Source: an uncultured Nitrospiraceae bacterium | Lineage (GTDB): Bacteria > Nitrospirota > Thermodesulfovibrionia > Thermodesulfovibrionales > SM23-35 | Assembly: GCA_963727775.1 (NCBI GenBank) | Contig: CAVSHB010000001.1 | Location: 64,001-128,000 of the forward strand | Length of the DNA stretch: 64,000 nt | Reading direction: 5' to 3' | Part shown: positions 1 to 9,642 of the stretch, piece by piece | How the letters are laid out: the number at the start of each line of letters is the position of its first letter | Numbering within the stretch: position 1 is the first letter of the stretch | The notes under the pieces: model-generated | Databases searched by the model: none | What the model was told of the DNA's origin: nothing | The model's input: only the letters and a program-made list of their open reading frames with translations | Position numbers and translations under genes: made by a program

Positions 1-123
1 TCTAAATATCCCCTCTATGTTCCCTGCCAGCATTACCGCGAGAAAAAGCACTATAAGGGCAGCGGTGATGACCATCCCCACCTTCAGTTTGGCCCATTTT
101 ATATGTTTTACGTATTCGTCCAT
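1..123 (-). CDS. mlaD: MlaD/MCE family protein, N-terminal part (runs off window start)
   Basis: Manual translation from ATG at 123 gives MDEYVKHIKWAKLKVGMVITAALIVLFLAVMLAGNIEGIFR, a typical MCE N-terminal TM anchor; lies directly downstream of mlaE-mlaF. Confidence 0.75.
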   Translation of the reverse strand, partial: MDEYVKHIKWAKLKVGMVITAALIVLFLAVMLAGNIEGIFR

Positions 124-136
124 AACATTTCCTTTC

Positions 137-904
137 CTAAAAATTGAAATTAAACGCAGAGCTTTCCTTTATGTGAAGCTCGGATATAAAATCCCTGAGT
201 TCCGGATCGGATGTATTGATAAGCTCCCTGATATTACCGTCGAAGACAATATTGTCCTTAAGGTAGATGAAGCGCTCCGCAATTTTTATCGCATCCGTGA
301 CTTTATGTGTTACCGCGATGAGGCCCATTCTGTTCGGTGGTTCTCCAAGCGAGAGCTCGTTAATAAGATTACAGATGTTTGCAGCGGTGAGCGGATCAAG
401 ACCTGTTGTCGGCTCATCATAAAGCATCATCTTCGGGGTCCCGGCTGCCAATGACCGCGCGATGGCCACGCGCCTTTGCATCCCCCCGCTTAATTCCTCA
501 GGTTTAAGGTAAATAGCATGCTCAATATCAAGCCTTCGCGCGAGTTCCCTTACGCGCGTGTCGATCTCCTCTTCGGAATAGTGGGTGTATTCCCTGAGAG
601 CAAAGGCTATGTTTTCCTTTACGTTCAGGGAGTCGAAGAGGGCGCCTTCCTGAAATACTATACTGAATTTTATCCTTGCATCCCTGAGCTTTTCAGGCGA
701 CATCTCTCCGACATCTTCTCCGTCAATAAGTATCCTGCCGCTGTCCGGCAATGCGAGACCGAGCAAAAGCTTCAGTATAGTCGTCTTCCCCCTGCCGCTC
801 CCTCCCAATATCACTATTTTTTCGTGGAAGTCGGCTTTAAAGTTCAGCCCATTAAGCACCCTGTTCTCTCCGTATGCGAGACTTACGTTCTGAAACTCTA
901 TCAT
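137..904 (-). CDS. mlaF: MlaF-type ABC transporter ATP-binding protein
   Basis: Walker A GGSGRGKT, LSGGMQRR signature, YDEPTTGLDP; adjacent to mlaE. Confidence 0.9.
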   Translation of the reverse strand: MIEFQNVSLAYGENRVLNGLNFKADFHEKIVILGGSGRGKTTILKLLLGLALPDSGRILIDGEDVGEMSPEKLRDARIKFSIVFQEGALFDSLNVKENIAFALREYTHYSEEEIDTRVRELARRLDIEHAIYLKPEELSGGMQRRVAIARSLAAGTPKMMLYDEPTTGLDPLTAANICNLINELSLGEPPNRMGLIAVTHKVTDAIKIAERFIYLKDNIVFDGNIRELINTSDPELRDFISELHIKESSAFNFNF

Positions 905-1677
905 ACTTCCATCCCGAACACGGAAAGAAGAATTCTTGTAAGAATGAAGTCCGTTACAATTATTGTAATTATAGAGAATACGACCGCAGTTGTTGTCGAC
1001 CGCCTTAGCCCGATTGCCCCCCCTCTTGTCGAAAGCCCGGTATAGCAGCTGATACAGGCAATCAGATACCCGAATATGAAAGGCTTTATAGTTCCGGCTG
1101 CGACTGTTTCAAGGTCCATTATCGCCCTTATTTGACTCCAGTAGAATGAACTGCTCTGATGGCTTACGAACACCGCTATATAGTAACTCCCAAGCAGTGA
1201 TATGGCATCGCCGATGACTGTGAGCACGGGCAGCATAACTATCGAGCTTATTACACGCGGAGTCACCAGCTTTTTTATCGGGTCGATACCGTGTACCTTG
1301 AGGATATCGACCTGATGTCCGAGTTGCATTGATCCCAGTTCAGAGGCTATCCCCGCGCCGACTCTCCCTGTAAAGCTGAGAGCAATGGCAACCGGACCTA
1401 TTTCTTTGATTATCGAGAGGCCGACAACTCTCCCTGTATACATTTTCAGCCCAAGTGGCGACAGTTCCGCGGACAGTTGGAGAGAAAGGGCCATGCCGAT
1501 GAACAGTGATACGAGCACCACGATAAAAAAGGACCCGGCCCCTGCATAATCCATCTGCTCTATGACCTCTCTGGCGTAATAAGGTCGTTTGAAAGCCCCT
1601 GTGATGGCGTAAAGGGAGATGAGATAGAATTCCTGGAGACCTGCGACCTTTGCCCTTAGATTAATTAAATAACTCAT
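901..1677 (-). CDS. mlaE: MlaE-type ABC transporter permease
   Basis: EIGPV...GRVGAGIASELGSM and GIDPIKKLVTPR motifs of the MlaE family. Confidence 0.9.
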   Translation of the reverse strand: MSYLINLRAKVAGLQEFYLISLYAITGAFKRPYYAREVIEQMDYAGAGSFFIVVLVSLFIGMALSLQLSAELSPLGLKMYTGRVVGLSIIKEIGPVAIALSFTGRVGAGIASELGSMQLGHQVDILKVHGIDPIKKLVTPRVISSIVMLPVLTVIGDAISLLGSYYIAVFVSHQSSSFYWSQIRAIMDLETVAAGTIKPFIFGYLIACISCYTGLSTRGGAIGLRRSTTTAVVFSIITIIVTDFILTRILLSVFGMEV

Positions 1678-1723
1678 TAATACCTCTTGTTCATTCAGTT
1701 GTATGATACAATAATATGAAAAA

Positions 1724-2494
1724 TTACAGCACTTCGATTATTGATCTTACCGCATGCCACAGATTATTTGAAGCCATACCGGCGTTTCTTCCGATTTTTA
1801 TAATATCTTTCATCAGTTGCGGTTTGTAAAGCAACAACCTGAGGGCACGGAACCTGCTGTAATTTCCGGATTCGTCCGTCACCCGGAGAAACTCCGGCGG
1901 AATCTCTTCATCCGCCCGGTCGGTGATAGACCGCACGGCAAAAAAAGGCAATTCAAGTTTCAAGGCGAGTTTAGCCAGGAAGAATGTTTCCATGTCACAT
2001 ACAGGAAAAGAAATATCAGCCGGCAACCTGTTTTTAATCCCGGATTTTTTCATGTATCTCTCGAAAGTTAAAATACATCCTTCTTGTATGTCGACTTTAC
2101 CCGAAAGTTTGTTGATGATCTCTCCGGAACCGGGAATTTCCAGTGAATATGAATCCAGGCAATTAAGCGCGGCTTTTGGTTTCTCCTCAATATTTTCAGG
2201 AATGAGGAAAACTCTGGCTGCGCCAATGAGATCGCCGGCTGATGCGCTATCGTATAAAGCGCCGCCAAATCCGATAGATAAAACAAAATCCGGCTTGTGT
2301 TCTTCGAACACGTATTCCAGCGCAGCTTCCGCATTTCGCGCTCCCATACCCGCCTGTACCAGGATAATTTCCTTGGCGGCGTATTCGGAAAAAAATAAGG
2401 TTAAAGGACGCCTTTCAAAACTTTTTGCAGGTTTAAAGTTTTTGATTATCCGTTTTATTTCCTGTGGGAAGGCCGAAAATATCGCTAATCTCAA
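1724..2494 (-). CDS. Nucleoside phosphorylase/MTA-SAH nucleosidase family protein (HpnG-like by context)
   Basis: GMGARNA, SIGFGGAL, CDMET and VRSITD motifs of the PNP_UDP_1 fold; near hpnJ/hpnI. Confidence 0.75.
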   Translation of the reverse strand: MRLAIFSAFPQEIKRIIKNFKPAKSFERRPLTLFFSEYAAKEIILVQAGMGARNAEAALEYVFEEHKPDFVLSIGFGGALYDSASAGDLIGAARVFLIPENIEEKPKAALNCLDSYSLEIPGSGEIINKLSGKVDIQEGCILTFERYMKKSGIKNRLPADISFPVCDMETFFLAKLALKLELPFFAVRSITDRADEEIPPEFLRVTDESGNYSRFRALRLLLYKPQLMKDIIKIGRNAGMASNNLWHAVRSIIEVL

Positions 2495-2500
2495 GGGGCG

Positions 2501-3418
2501 CTATTTTCCCCATTTTTTACGGAACCATTCCACCGTCGTTCGCAATCCGGTTTCGAACTCCATTGCGGGTTTCCAGCCCAACTCACGCATGGCTTTTTCA
2601 GCAGATATCTCCTTACCGCCAAAGTCCCCGGGACGCTCAGGTACGAATTCTATCTTCACATGGTCCCCGATTACCGCCCTGATACCTTCCGCAACTTGCA
2701 GTACAGTGACCTTCCGGGCGCCTTCAAGATTATATGTCTGATCAGCCGCAACTTCTTTCATAGCAAGGACATGGGCGTCTGCTATATCGCGCACATAGAT
2801 GAAGTTGCGGTATTGGCCGCCGGTTCCTGAAACTGTGAGGGGCTGTCCGTTCAGCGCCTTTTTAACAAAGATAGGGATAAGCAGTTCCTCCCGCATGCGC
2901 GGGCCGTAGGGAATTCCAAGCCGCAGGACGGTTACAGGGACATTATACAGCTGGCTGTAATTGTGGCAGACCATTTCGCACGCAATCTTTGAAGAAGTGT
3001 AAATATGTCCCACCCCGTTAAGGTAAAAAGGCAGAGATTCTTCCATCGGTCCAAGGTCCGGGGCCCCGTTGTACACCCAGATTGTCGAGGCCAGATATAC
3101 CCTCCGGGCATTATTCAGCCTTGCAGCTTCCAGAACGTGAACAGTGCCCATTATATTAAGCGCAGTGGTATAGACGGGATATTTGTAAGCGTAATTGACG
3201 TTTGAAACCGCAGCCAGGTGGAAGATGTGTTCAGCGCCACGGGTTGCGGCCTGAACAGACGACATGTCCATCAGGTCAATATCTTCAAAATTGATATCTT
3301 CACGGTGCGGACGGACACGGTGGTCAATGACGGTCACCTCATGCCCTGCATCCATGAGAGCGTCCACAACATGTGATCCTATGAACCCGCATCCTCCTGT
3401 AACAACAACTTTTGCCAT
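2501..3418 (-). CDS. NAD-dependent epimerase/dehydratase
   Basis: TGGCGFIG Rossmann motif, YTSSK catalytic YxxxK, RPGD. Confidence 0.9.
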   Translation of the reverse strand: MAKVVVTGGCGFIGSHVVDALMDAGHEVTVIDHRVRPHREDINFEDIDLMDMSSVQAATRGAEHIFHLAAVSNVNYAYKYPVYTTALNIMGTVHVLEAARLNNARRVYLASTIWVYNGAPDLGPMEESLPFYLNGVGHIYTSSKIACEMVCHNYSQLYNVPVTVLRLGIPYGPRMREELLIPIFVKKALNGQPLTVSGTGGQYRNFIYVRDIADAHVLAMKEVAADQTYNLEGARKVTVLQVAEGIRAVIGDHVKIEFVPERPGDFGGKEISAEKAMRELGWKPAMEFETGLRTTVEWFRKKWGK

Positions 3419-3431
3419 TGTAAATTCTCCT

Positions 3432-4577
3432 TTATCCTATAACTTGTTTCAATGAATTCAGTACCCAGCGCGCCTCATCCTCTGTCATTCCGGAAAATAC
3501 CGGAAGGCATATATGTCTTGCGCAATAGTCTTCAGAAACCGGCAATGGACCGGCGGCATATTGTTTGAATACCGGCTGCTTGTGCAAAGGCTCTTCATAA
3601 ACCTCTCCTGAAAGGGACACCCCATAATGTTCGCGCAATATGCCCTTTAGGGTTTTCCTGTCTTTCTTATCTGCCCATCGGTCTGAAAGCACCGCAATAT
3701 ATTTGTAATAATTACAAACTCCGCCCGAGGGAATCTCCAGCCGCCGCAGATTGAGAAACCCGTTCAACCTCTGATCATAAATCGCGGCTGCCTTCTGCCT
3801 ATCCGAGATCATTTCAGGCAGACGTTCAAGATGCCTGAGACCGATAATTGCATGAGGCTCAGACATGCGCCAGTTATAGCCCATTCTTGTATGGGCGTTT
3901 TGTGTGAAACTGGCTTTTCCCTGGTCTCTATATATCTTTGCCTCTTCTGCTATCTTATCGTCATTGGTGACAATCATGCCTCCTTCGGCCGAGGTCATGA
4001 CCTTTGTCGGATAAAAGCTGAACGATCCGGCAATGCCGAAAGCCCCTGCCTTAATTCCTTCATAGGAAGACCCATGCGCATGGGCTGCATCCTCGACCAG
4101 CCAGATGCCTTTACTCCTGCATAATTCCTGCAGTTCTTTTATCCTGCGGGAGATAATACCTCCAATGTGCACGACTACAACCCCTGCGGTCTTCGGAGTA
4201 ATATGGTCCTCTATATCTTCAGGTCTTACTGCGAAAGATTCCGGGTCCATATCAACCAGAACCGGGCGTGCTCCCGCGTGGACTACCGCAGCCGCTGTAG
4301 CGAAGAAGGTATTGGTCGGCACTATTACATCTTTGCCCTCTACACCTAGGGCCCTGAAAATGATTTCGAGAGCGCTGGTGCCGCTGTTGACCGCAATGGC
4401 ATGGCGGCAGCCGCAGAAAAGAGCAAATTTCTCCTCGAATTGGGCTCCGTATTTGCCCAGTGTCAACTGTCCTGTTGTCAGGGATTCGTTGATCCTTTCA
4501 GTGATCCAAGCCCGATCTTCGGGTAAAAATTGGATCTTTGCAGCCGGAATTCGATATTGAGTAGCCTTATCATTCAT
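3432..4577 (-). CDS. DegT/DnrJ/EryC1/StrS family PLP aminotransferase
   Basis: VNSGTSAL, EDAAHAHG, SFYPTK (PLP lysine), GYNWRM. Confidence 0.92.
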   Translation of the reverse strand: MNDKATQYRIPAAKIQFLPEDRAWITERINESLTTGQLTLGKYGAQFEEKFALFCGCRHAIAVNSGTSALEIIFRALGVEGKDVIVPTNTFFATAAAVVHAGARPVLVDMDPESFAVRPEDIEDHITPKTAGVVVVHIGGIISRRIKELQELCRSKGIWLVEDAAHAHGSSYEGIKAGAFGIAGSFSFYPTKVMTSAEGGMIVTNDDKIAEEAKIYRDQGKASFTQNAHTRMGYNWRMSEPHAIIGLRHLERLPEMISDRQKAAAIYDQRLNGFLNLRRLEIPSGGVCNYYKYIAVLSDRWADKKDRKTLKGILREHYGVSLSGEVYEEPLHKQPVFKQYAAGPLPVSEDYCARHICLPVFSGMTEDEARWVLNSLKQVIG

Positions 4578-4814
4578 TTGGGGTTATTAAATCCTCCGTT
4601 TCATATTATAAATTATAGATTTATAATTTTATAAGCTAATGTTTACAACGATAAGAGCGCATAACTTTTTCAAATATAAACGTTACATCATATCACACAT
4701 AAAATGACTTTCAAAAGTATGACCGCAGATATCACTGTAACTCGCATCTTTATTAGCCACCATAAAGATGCTCAGAAGCTGAATGCTTGTTCCATGGCGT
4801 TCACAGTTAACGCG

Positions 4815-5540
4815 TTACTCATTAACAAAACAGGTAAGGTGCCCATCCGTGTAGGAAATGGAGAGCTGTCTATCTATGAATTTGGCAAGGCAATCGGCTA
4901 CGCTAAAGATGACAAGCGGTTTCTTCATCTTATTGACTTTGCGGGCAATAGCCTCGTAAAGCTCTTTTCCGCCATCGAGAGGCTTCGCTGGGAGATACAT
5001 ATAAATAAAATCAACTGCTTCAATCGATACGTTAACAATGTCGTCCCGAATCCACTCTACACGATCGGCGCCAATCTCAAGTGCTTGTTGAAAGATTTGA
5101 CCGACGCGAATCATTTCGGAAGAAAGCTCGATTTGGATTGTTTTTTGGTGTGGGCAAATGCACTGTAACAACAAACCCTGTAGTCCATTTCCTGCGCCAA
5201 GGTCAGCGACGATTGAATCAGGCGTGATAAACTGCGCTGCCTTAATAAGCGGTGAAAGCCCCCCCGGGTGGCATGAATATCCTTTTCTTCTTGTAAGTAT
5301 TTCCCTTTCTTGCAGAGAATACGTAGAGCCTGCACTATGCAATCGTATATATAAGTTGAGCAGAGCCCTTTCGAGTGTGGAAGGCTCGTTTTTTTTTAAA
5401 GCACTCTCAAGATTACTTACATAATGATCGAGTTCTGATGATTCTGACTTAACAGAACTGTTAGTCGCAATTTTAAGTAGAGAGTTTATAATAATAGATA
5501 TCTGTTTTTCCCAACTTGTATTTTCGAAAAGGTTATCCAT
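4815..5540 (-). CDS. Class I SAM-dependent methyltransferase-like protein
   Basis: VADLGAGNG motif I followed by QIELS. Confidence 0.65.
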   Translation of the reverse strand: MDNLFENTSWEKQISIIINSLLKIATNSSVKSESSELDHYVSNLESALKKNEPSTLERALLNLYIRLHSAGSTYSLQEREILTRRKGYSCHPGGLSPLIKAAQFITPDSIVADLGAGNGLQGLLLQCICPHQKTIQIELSSEMIRVGQIFQQALEIGADRVEWIRDDIVNVSIEAVDFIYMYLPAKPLDGGKELYEAIARKVNKMKKPLVIFSVADCLAKFIDRQLSISYTDGHLTCFVNE

Positions 5541-5690
5541 GTGTCAAAACTGTTCCGCTTTCTAATTGGTTGCAATTTTATACATTACAGAAATTATATA
5601 GCAGGTGGGGGGCCTCGCTTCAAGACTTTACTGATTGAAACGCTGACTACGAGATATGCGCATCATTACCCTCCACCGTTGAATGATCGC

Positions 5691-6227
5691 CTATTTCATT
5701 TTTGAGGGCAACTTGATCGTCTCGCCTGCAACCATGAAAGCGCCTTTCCCTCGATGATGAATCGTCTGCGCGTCTTTCTTTGCGGGGTTGATCCACGCTT
5801 TGAGCACCTCAAGGATGAAGAGATTGTATTTGGATACCATCTTCCCATCGACGACCTTGCATTCAAGATTCGCATAACACTCGCAGATGAGCGGCGCCTT
5901 AACGCATGAGGCGGATGCCTCTGTGAGCCCAAAGACCTTGAACTTGTCGACCGTTCGTCCGCAGGTGTTCCCGCAGCCCACCACCTTTTCCGCCAGCTCC
6001 ACAGTAGGGATGTTGATCACGCATTCCTTGGTCACCTTCAAGATGTCAAACGTGTAGTTCCGGTTGCTTATCACGCAACCCACAATCGGCGGCTCGAAAT
6101 CTATCATCATGTGCCACGACATGGTCATGATGTTCGCCGGCCCTTTGCTGGAGGTAGTGACCAGCACTACCGGCCCCGGCTCGAGCAGGCCATAGACCTT
6201 AGATAAGGGAAACGATTTTTTTACCAT
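5691..6227 (-). CDS. Flavin reductase family protein
   Basis: LLEPGPVVLVT, NIMTMSWH, ECVINIPT, ECYANLEC. Confidence 0.9.
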   Translation of the reverse strand: MVKKSFPLSKVYGLLEPGPVVLVTTSSKGPANIMTMSWHMMIDFEPPIVGCVISNRNYTFDILKVTKECVINIPTVELAEKVVGCGNTCGRTVDKFKVFGLTEASASCVKAPLICECYANLECKVVDGKMVSKYNLFILEVLKAWINPAKKDAQTIHHRGKGAFMVAGETIKLPSKMK

Positions 6228-6428
6228 TTCTACACCCCCGTCTCAATACAATTTTATCCAAAAAGATGTGACAATATTGACAAATAAAAAAATTGATAGT
6301 TAAATGAAAAGGACCGTATTTTTGATTATGGTTTGCCAAAAATATGATCGATAAGATATTTTAATAAATCAAACAAGTTTTGGTAAGCCCTGCTATACAA
6401 ACGGCGTGCTTCGCGTTAAAGGAGGAAA

Positions 6429-7370
6429 ATGGCGCTTTATCTTGTGACCGGCGGAGCCGGCTTTATCGGCTCACATGTGGTAGAAAAACTGCTTGACAAA
6501 GGCGAGCAGGTAAGAATATTTGATAATTTTTCAACAGGGAAAAGAGAAAACCTTTCGGCTTTCGGCAAGCGGATAGAAATAATTGAAGGGGACATAAGAG
6601 ACGCTTCTCTCTGCCGGAAGGCAATGGAGAATGCAGAATATGTTATTCATTTGGCGGCATTGCATGAGGTGGTGCGTTCAGTAGAGCAGCCTCTGGAAAC
6701 GCATGAAATAAATGTGACAGGTATCCTGAAGGTCCTGTTGGCCGCCCGGGACAGCAAGGTGAAAAGGTTTGTATTCTCTTCTTCATCTGCGGTCTACGGG
6801 AACAGCCCCGAGCTTCCGCGGTCAGAAGAAATGACGCTTATCCCGACATCTTCTCCTTATTCGGTGAGCAAACTCGCGGGCAAGTATTACTGCCGGCTTT
6901 TTTCCCATCTCTACGGTCTTGAAACTGTCTGCCTGCGATACTTCAATGTATACGGTCCGCGGCAGGATGCAAAATCCGATTATGCCGGTGTCACGCCGAA
7001 ATTTATTTCCGCACTGATTTCCGACAGACCTCCTACGATCTATGACGATGGTGAACAGACACGTGATTTCGTTTATGTGTCTGATTGTGCGGGAGCGACG
7101 GTTGCGGCATGCCGACAGCCCGGGCTTTCCGGGACCGTTCTGAACATCGGTACAGGCCATCGTACTTCTGTGAACGAGCTTTGCTCGCACCTTCAGAAGA
7201 TTCTGGGGAAGGAGATACCTCCACGGTTCGGCCCGCCCCAGCCCGGCGATATCAAACACGATTATGCAACTATCGAAAAGGCGGCCCGTCTATTGTCTTA
7301 TAAGCCTGCCTGGGAAATACATCAAGGATTACGCGAAACAGCTGCGTGGTACTTAAGGAGCGGCATATGA
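6429..7370 (+). CDS. NAD-dependent epimerase/dehydratase (UDP-sugar 4-epimerase-like)
   Basis: TGGAGFIG, YSVSK, LRYFNVYGPRQD; AAGGAGG RBS. Confidence 0.92.
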   Translation: MALYLVTGGAGFIGSHVVEKLLDKGEQVRIFDNFSTGKRENLSAFGKRIEIIEGDIRDASLCRKAMENAEYVIHLAALHEVVRSVEQPLETHEINVTGILKVLLAARDSKVKRFVFSSSSAVYGNSPELPRSEEMTLIPTSSPYSVSKLAGKYYCRLFSHLYGLETVCLRYFNVYGPRQDAKSDYAGVTPKFISALISDRPPTIYDDGEQTRDFVYVSDCAGATVAACRQPGLSGTVLNIGTGHRTSVNELCSHLQKILGKEIPPRFGPPQPGDIKHDYATIEKAARLLSYKPAWEIHQGLRETAAWYLRSGI

Positions 7371-8818
7371 ATATCTCAAAGAAAAGCCGTCCCGGAATGA
7401 AGACCTTACTCCTGAACCCCCCGTCTTTCGAAAACTTTGACGGCGGGGCAAGTTCACGCTATCAGGCAACACGCGAGATTACCTCCTTCTGGTATCCTGT
7501 TTGGCTTGCCTATCCCGCCGGGTTGATCGAGCAAAGCCGTCTGCTCGATGCGCCTTCTCACGGCGTGAGCCCCGAGGAGACAGTGAATATTTCCGGGGAT
7601 TATAATTTTGTTGTTATCTTCACAAGTACGCCCGGATTCCGAAGCGATATCCGGCTTGCCGAGATGATGAAGACTGCAAAGCCCGACATAAAGATTGCCT
7701 TTGTAGGGCCTCATGTTTCTGTTAAGACCGAAGAAAGCCTGAAGGCTTCAACGGCGATAGACTTTATTGCAAGGAAGGAATTTGACTATTCAGTAGCTGA
7801 ATTTGCGTGGGGGAAAAAACTCGAAGAGATTGAAGGCATAAGCTTCAGGAAAGATGGAAGCATTGTTCACAATCCTGATCGTCCTCCCCTTGACGATCTC
7901 GACTCACTGCCTTTCGCTGTCGAGATTTATAAACGGGACCTTGATATAGCACGGTACAATATCCCTTATCTGAAACATCCATATGTATCTTTTTATACAT
8001 CCCGCGGTTGTCCGGCACTGTGCGCATTTTGCCTGTGGCCTCAAACGATGAGCGGGCATCAATGGCGCACCCGCAGCAGCGATAATGTTATTTCCGAAGT
8101 AAAGAGGGCGCTCGAATTATTGCCCGAGATGAGGGAGCTGTTTTTTGATGACGATACCTTCACCTGGCGGAAGTCCCGGGTCCTCGAAGTGTGTGAGAAA
8201 TTAAAACCTCTCAAATTCACGTGGTCATGCAACTCAAGGGTCACTGCCGATTATGAGACGCTCAAAGCGATGAAAGAGGCTGGATGCAGGCTTTTGATCG
8301 TCGGGTTTGAGTCAGGCGATCCGAACATTCTCAAGAACATCAAGAAGGGTGCGACAATAGAGCAGGCTTTGGCGTTTATGAAAAATTGCAAGGACCTTGG
8401 ACTCACGGTCCACGGGGATTTCCAGATCGGCCATATGGGTGAAACGACTGAAACTATCGAAAGAACAATGAAGTTCGCCATGCAGCTCGATCCCGAAACA
8501 ATACAGGTATCCATATCCCATCCCTATCCGGGGACGGATTTTTATAAATACCTGGAAAAAAACGGATACCTGACTACCGCTGAAATGACCGATGAGTCAG
8601 GCCATCAATTGCCCAATATACAGTACCCCGGCTTGAGCAGGAAGGAGATAATGAAGGCTGTTGAAGATTTCTATGCGCGATATTATTTCAGGCCGAGAGT
8701 TATTTTCAGAATAGTCCGCCGCTCGCTCTTTGATGCGAGGGACCGGAAAAGATTGTTCAATGAAGCAAAGGAATTTTTTCAGCTCCGCGCCAAGAGAAAA
8801 AACTTTATGAAAACATAG
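7367..8818 (+). CDS. hpnJ: Hopanoid biosynthesis-associated radical SAM protein HpnJ
   Basis: KTLLLNPPSFENFDGGA...FWYPVWLAYPA N-terminus characteristic of HpnJ; CPALCAFC rSAM motif; start at the ATGA overlap with an AAGGAG RBS. Confidence 0.88.
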   Translation: MNISKKSRPGMKTLLLNPPSFENFDGGASSRYQATREITSFWYPVWLAYPAGLIEQSRLLDAPSHGVSPEETVNISGDYNFVVIFTSTPGFRSDIRLAEMMKTAKPDIKIAFVGPHVSVKTEESLKASTAIDFIARKEFDYSVAEFAWGKKLEEIEGISFRKDGSIVHNPDRPPLDDLDSLPFAVEIYKRDLDIARYNIPYLKHPYVSFYTSRGCPALCAFCLWPQTMSGHQWRTRSSDNVISEVKRALELLPEMRELFFDDDTFTWRKSRVLEVCEKLKPLKFTWSCNSRVTADYETLKAMKEAGCRLLIVGFESGDPNILKNIKKGATIEQALAFMKNCKDLGLTVHGDFQIGHMGETTETIERTMKFAMQLDPETIQVSISHPYPGTDFYKYLEKNGYLTTAEMTDESGHQLPNIQYPGLSRKEIMKAVEDFYARYYFRPRVIFRIVRRSLFDARDRKRLFNEAKEFFQLRAKRKNFMKT

Positions 8819-8840
8819 CTGGACTATACGGAATAAGATT

Positions 8841-9272
8841 ATGCCGCTGGTGACGTATATCTTATTGGCTATCGCCATATTTGCACAGGCTGCCGGAAAC
8901 GTTTTCCTCAGTAAAGGGATGAAACAAATAGCCTCGGTCAGTCGGATTATCGACGTCAATTTCTTTGCGCTTTTCTCAGAGGTCGTTAACAGCCCGTCTA
9001 TCTGGGCAGGGACTTGTCTGTTGATCATTTTCTTCTTTCTTTTTCTTACAGTCCTCTCCCGCGCAGAGTTGAGTTTTGTCCTGCCGGTTATCTCGATCGA
9101 AATTGTTGTAAACGTTGCTTTTGCCGGATATTTTTTAAACGAGCCGGTATCTTTAATAAGATGGATAGGAGCTGTTCTTATCTCCATGGGGGTCATCCTT
9201 GTTATGAGGTCCGGACAGAAGCCGACGGGCACGGAATGTGACGCAAAGACCCCGGGAGTTCGGGGCGGATGA
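8841..9272 (+). CDS. Small EamA/DMT-family membrane protein (ArnE/F-like)
   Basis: Four hydrophobic helices, ELSFVLP, FLNEPVSLIRWIG. Confidence 0.8.
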   Translation: MPLVTYILLAIAIFAQAAGNVFLSKGMKQIASVSRIIDVNFFALFSEVVNSPSIWAGTCLLIIFFFLFLTVLSRAELSFVLPVISIEIVVNVAFAGYFLNEPVSLIRWIGAVLISMGVILVMRSGQKPTGTECDAKTPGVRGG

Positions 9273-9634
9273 AGACATTCATAATCATAGCGATTATGGT
9301 GCTTGCCGATTCAGCCGGCGATGTCCTCCTCACGAGAGGTATGAAGCAAGTCGGAGAGATTTCAACAATAAAACCAAAGGAGCTTCTGGCGATTGCGCGG
9401 AGGGTGCTCTGCAACCGGAGTTTTCTTTGCGCCATTTTTTTTATGGCAATAACTTTTTTTTTATTCCTGGCCGCTTTGTCCCAGGCTGATTTGAGTTTCG
9501 TTTTTCCGGCAACCGCGTTGGTTTATGTTATCGGCACTTTCGGGGCAAAGTTTTTTCTGGGTGAAAGGGTCACTTCAAAGCGCTGGGCTGGAACACTCTT
9601 GGTTTGTTTAGGTGTTGCTTTGACCTCTTTGTAA
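9269..9634 (+). CDS. Small EamA/DMT-family membrane protein (ArnE/F-like)
   Basis: DLSFVFP, FLGERVTSKRWAG; paralogue of the upstream gene. Confidence 0.8.
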   Translation: MKTFIIIAIMVLADSAGDVLLTRGMKQVGEISTIKPKELLAIARRVLCNRSFLCAIFFMAITFFLFLAALSQADLSFVFPATALVYVIGTFGAKFFLGERVTSKRWAGTLLVCLGVALTSL

Positions 9635-9642
9635 CAGGCTTT

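Noticed and set aside
5620..6270. Flavin reductase gene as an integron cassette
   Set aside because: It differs slightly in composition from its neighbours, but no convincing attC symmetry was found downstream.
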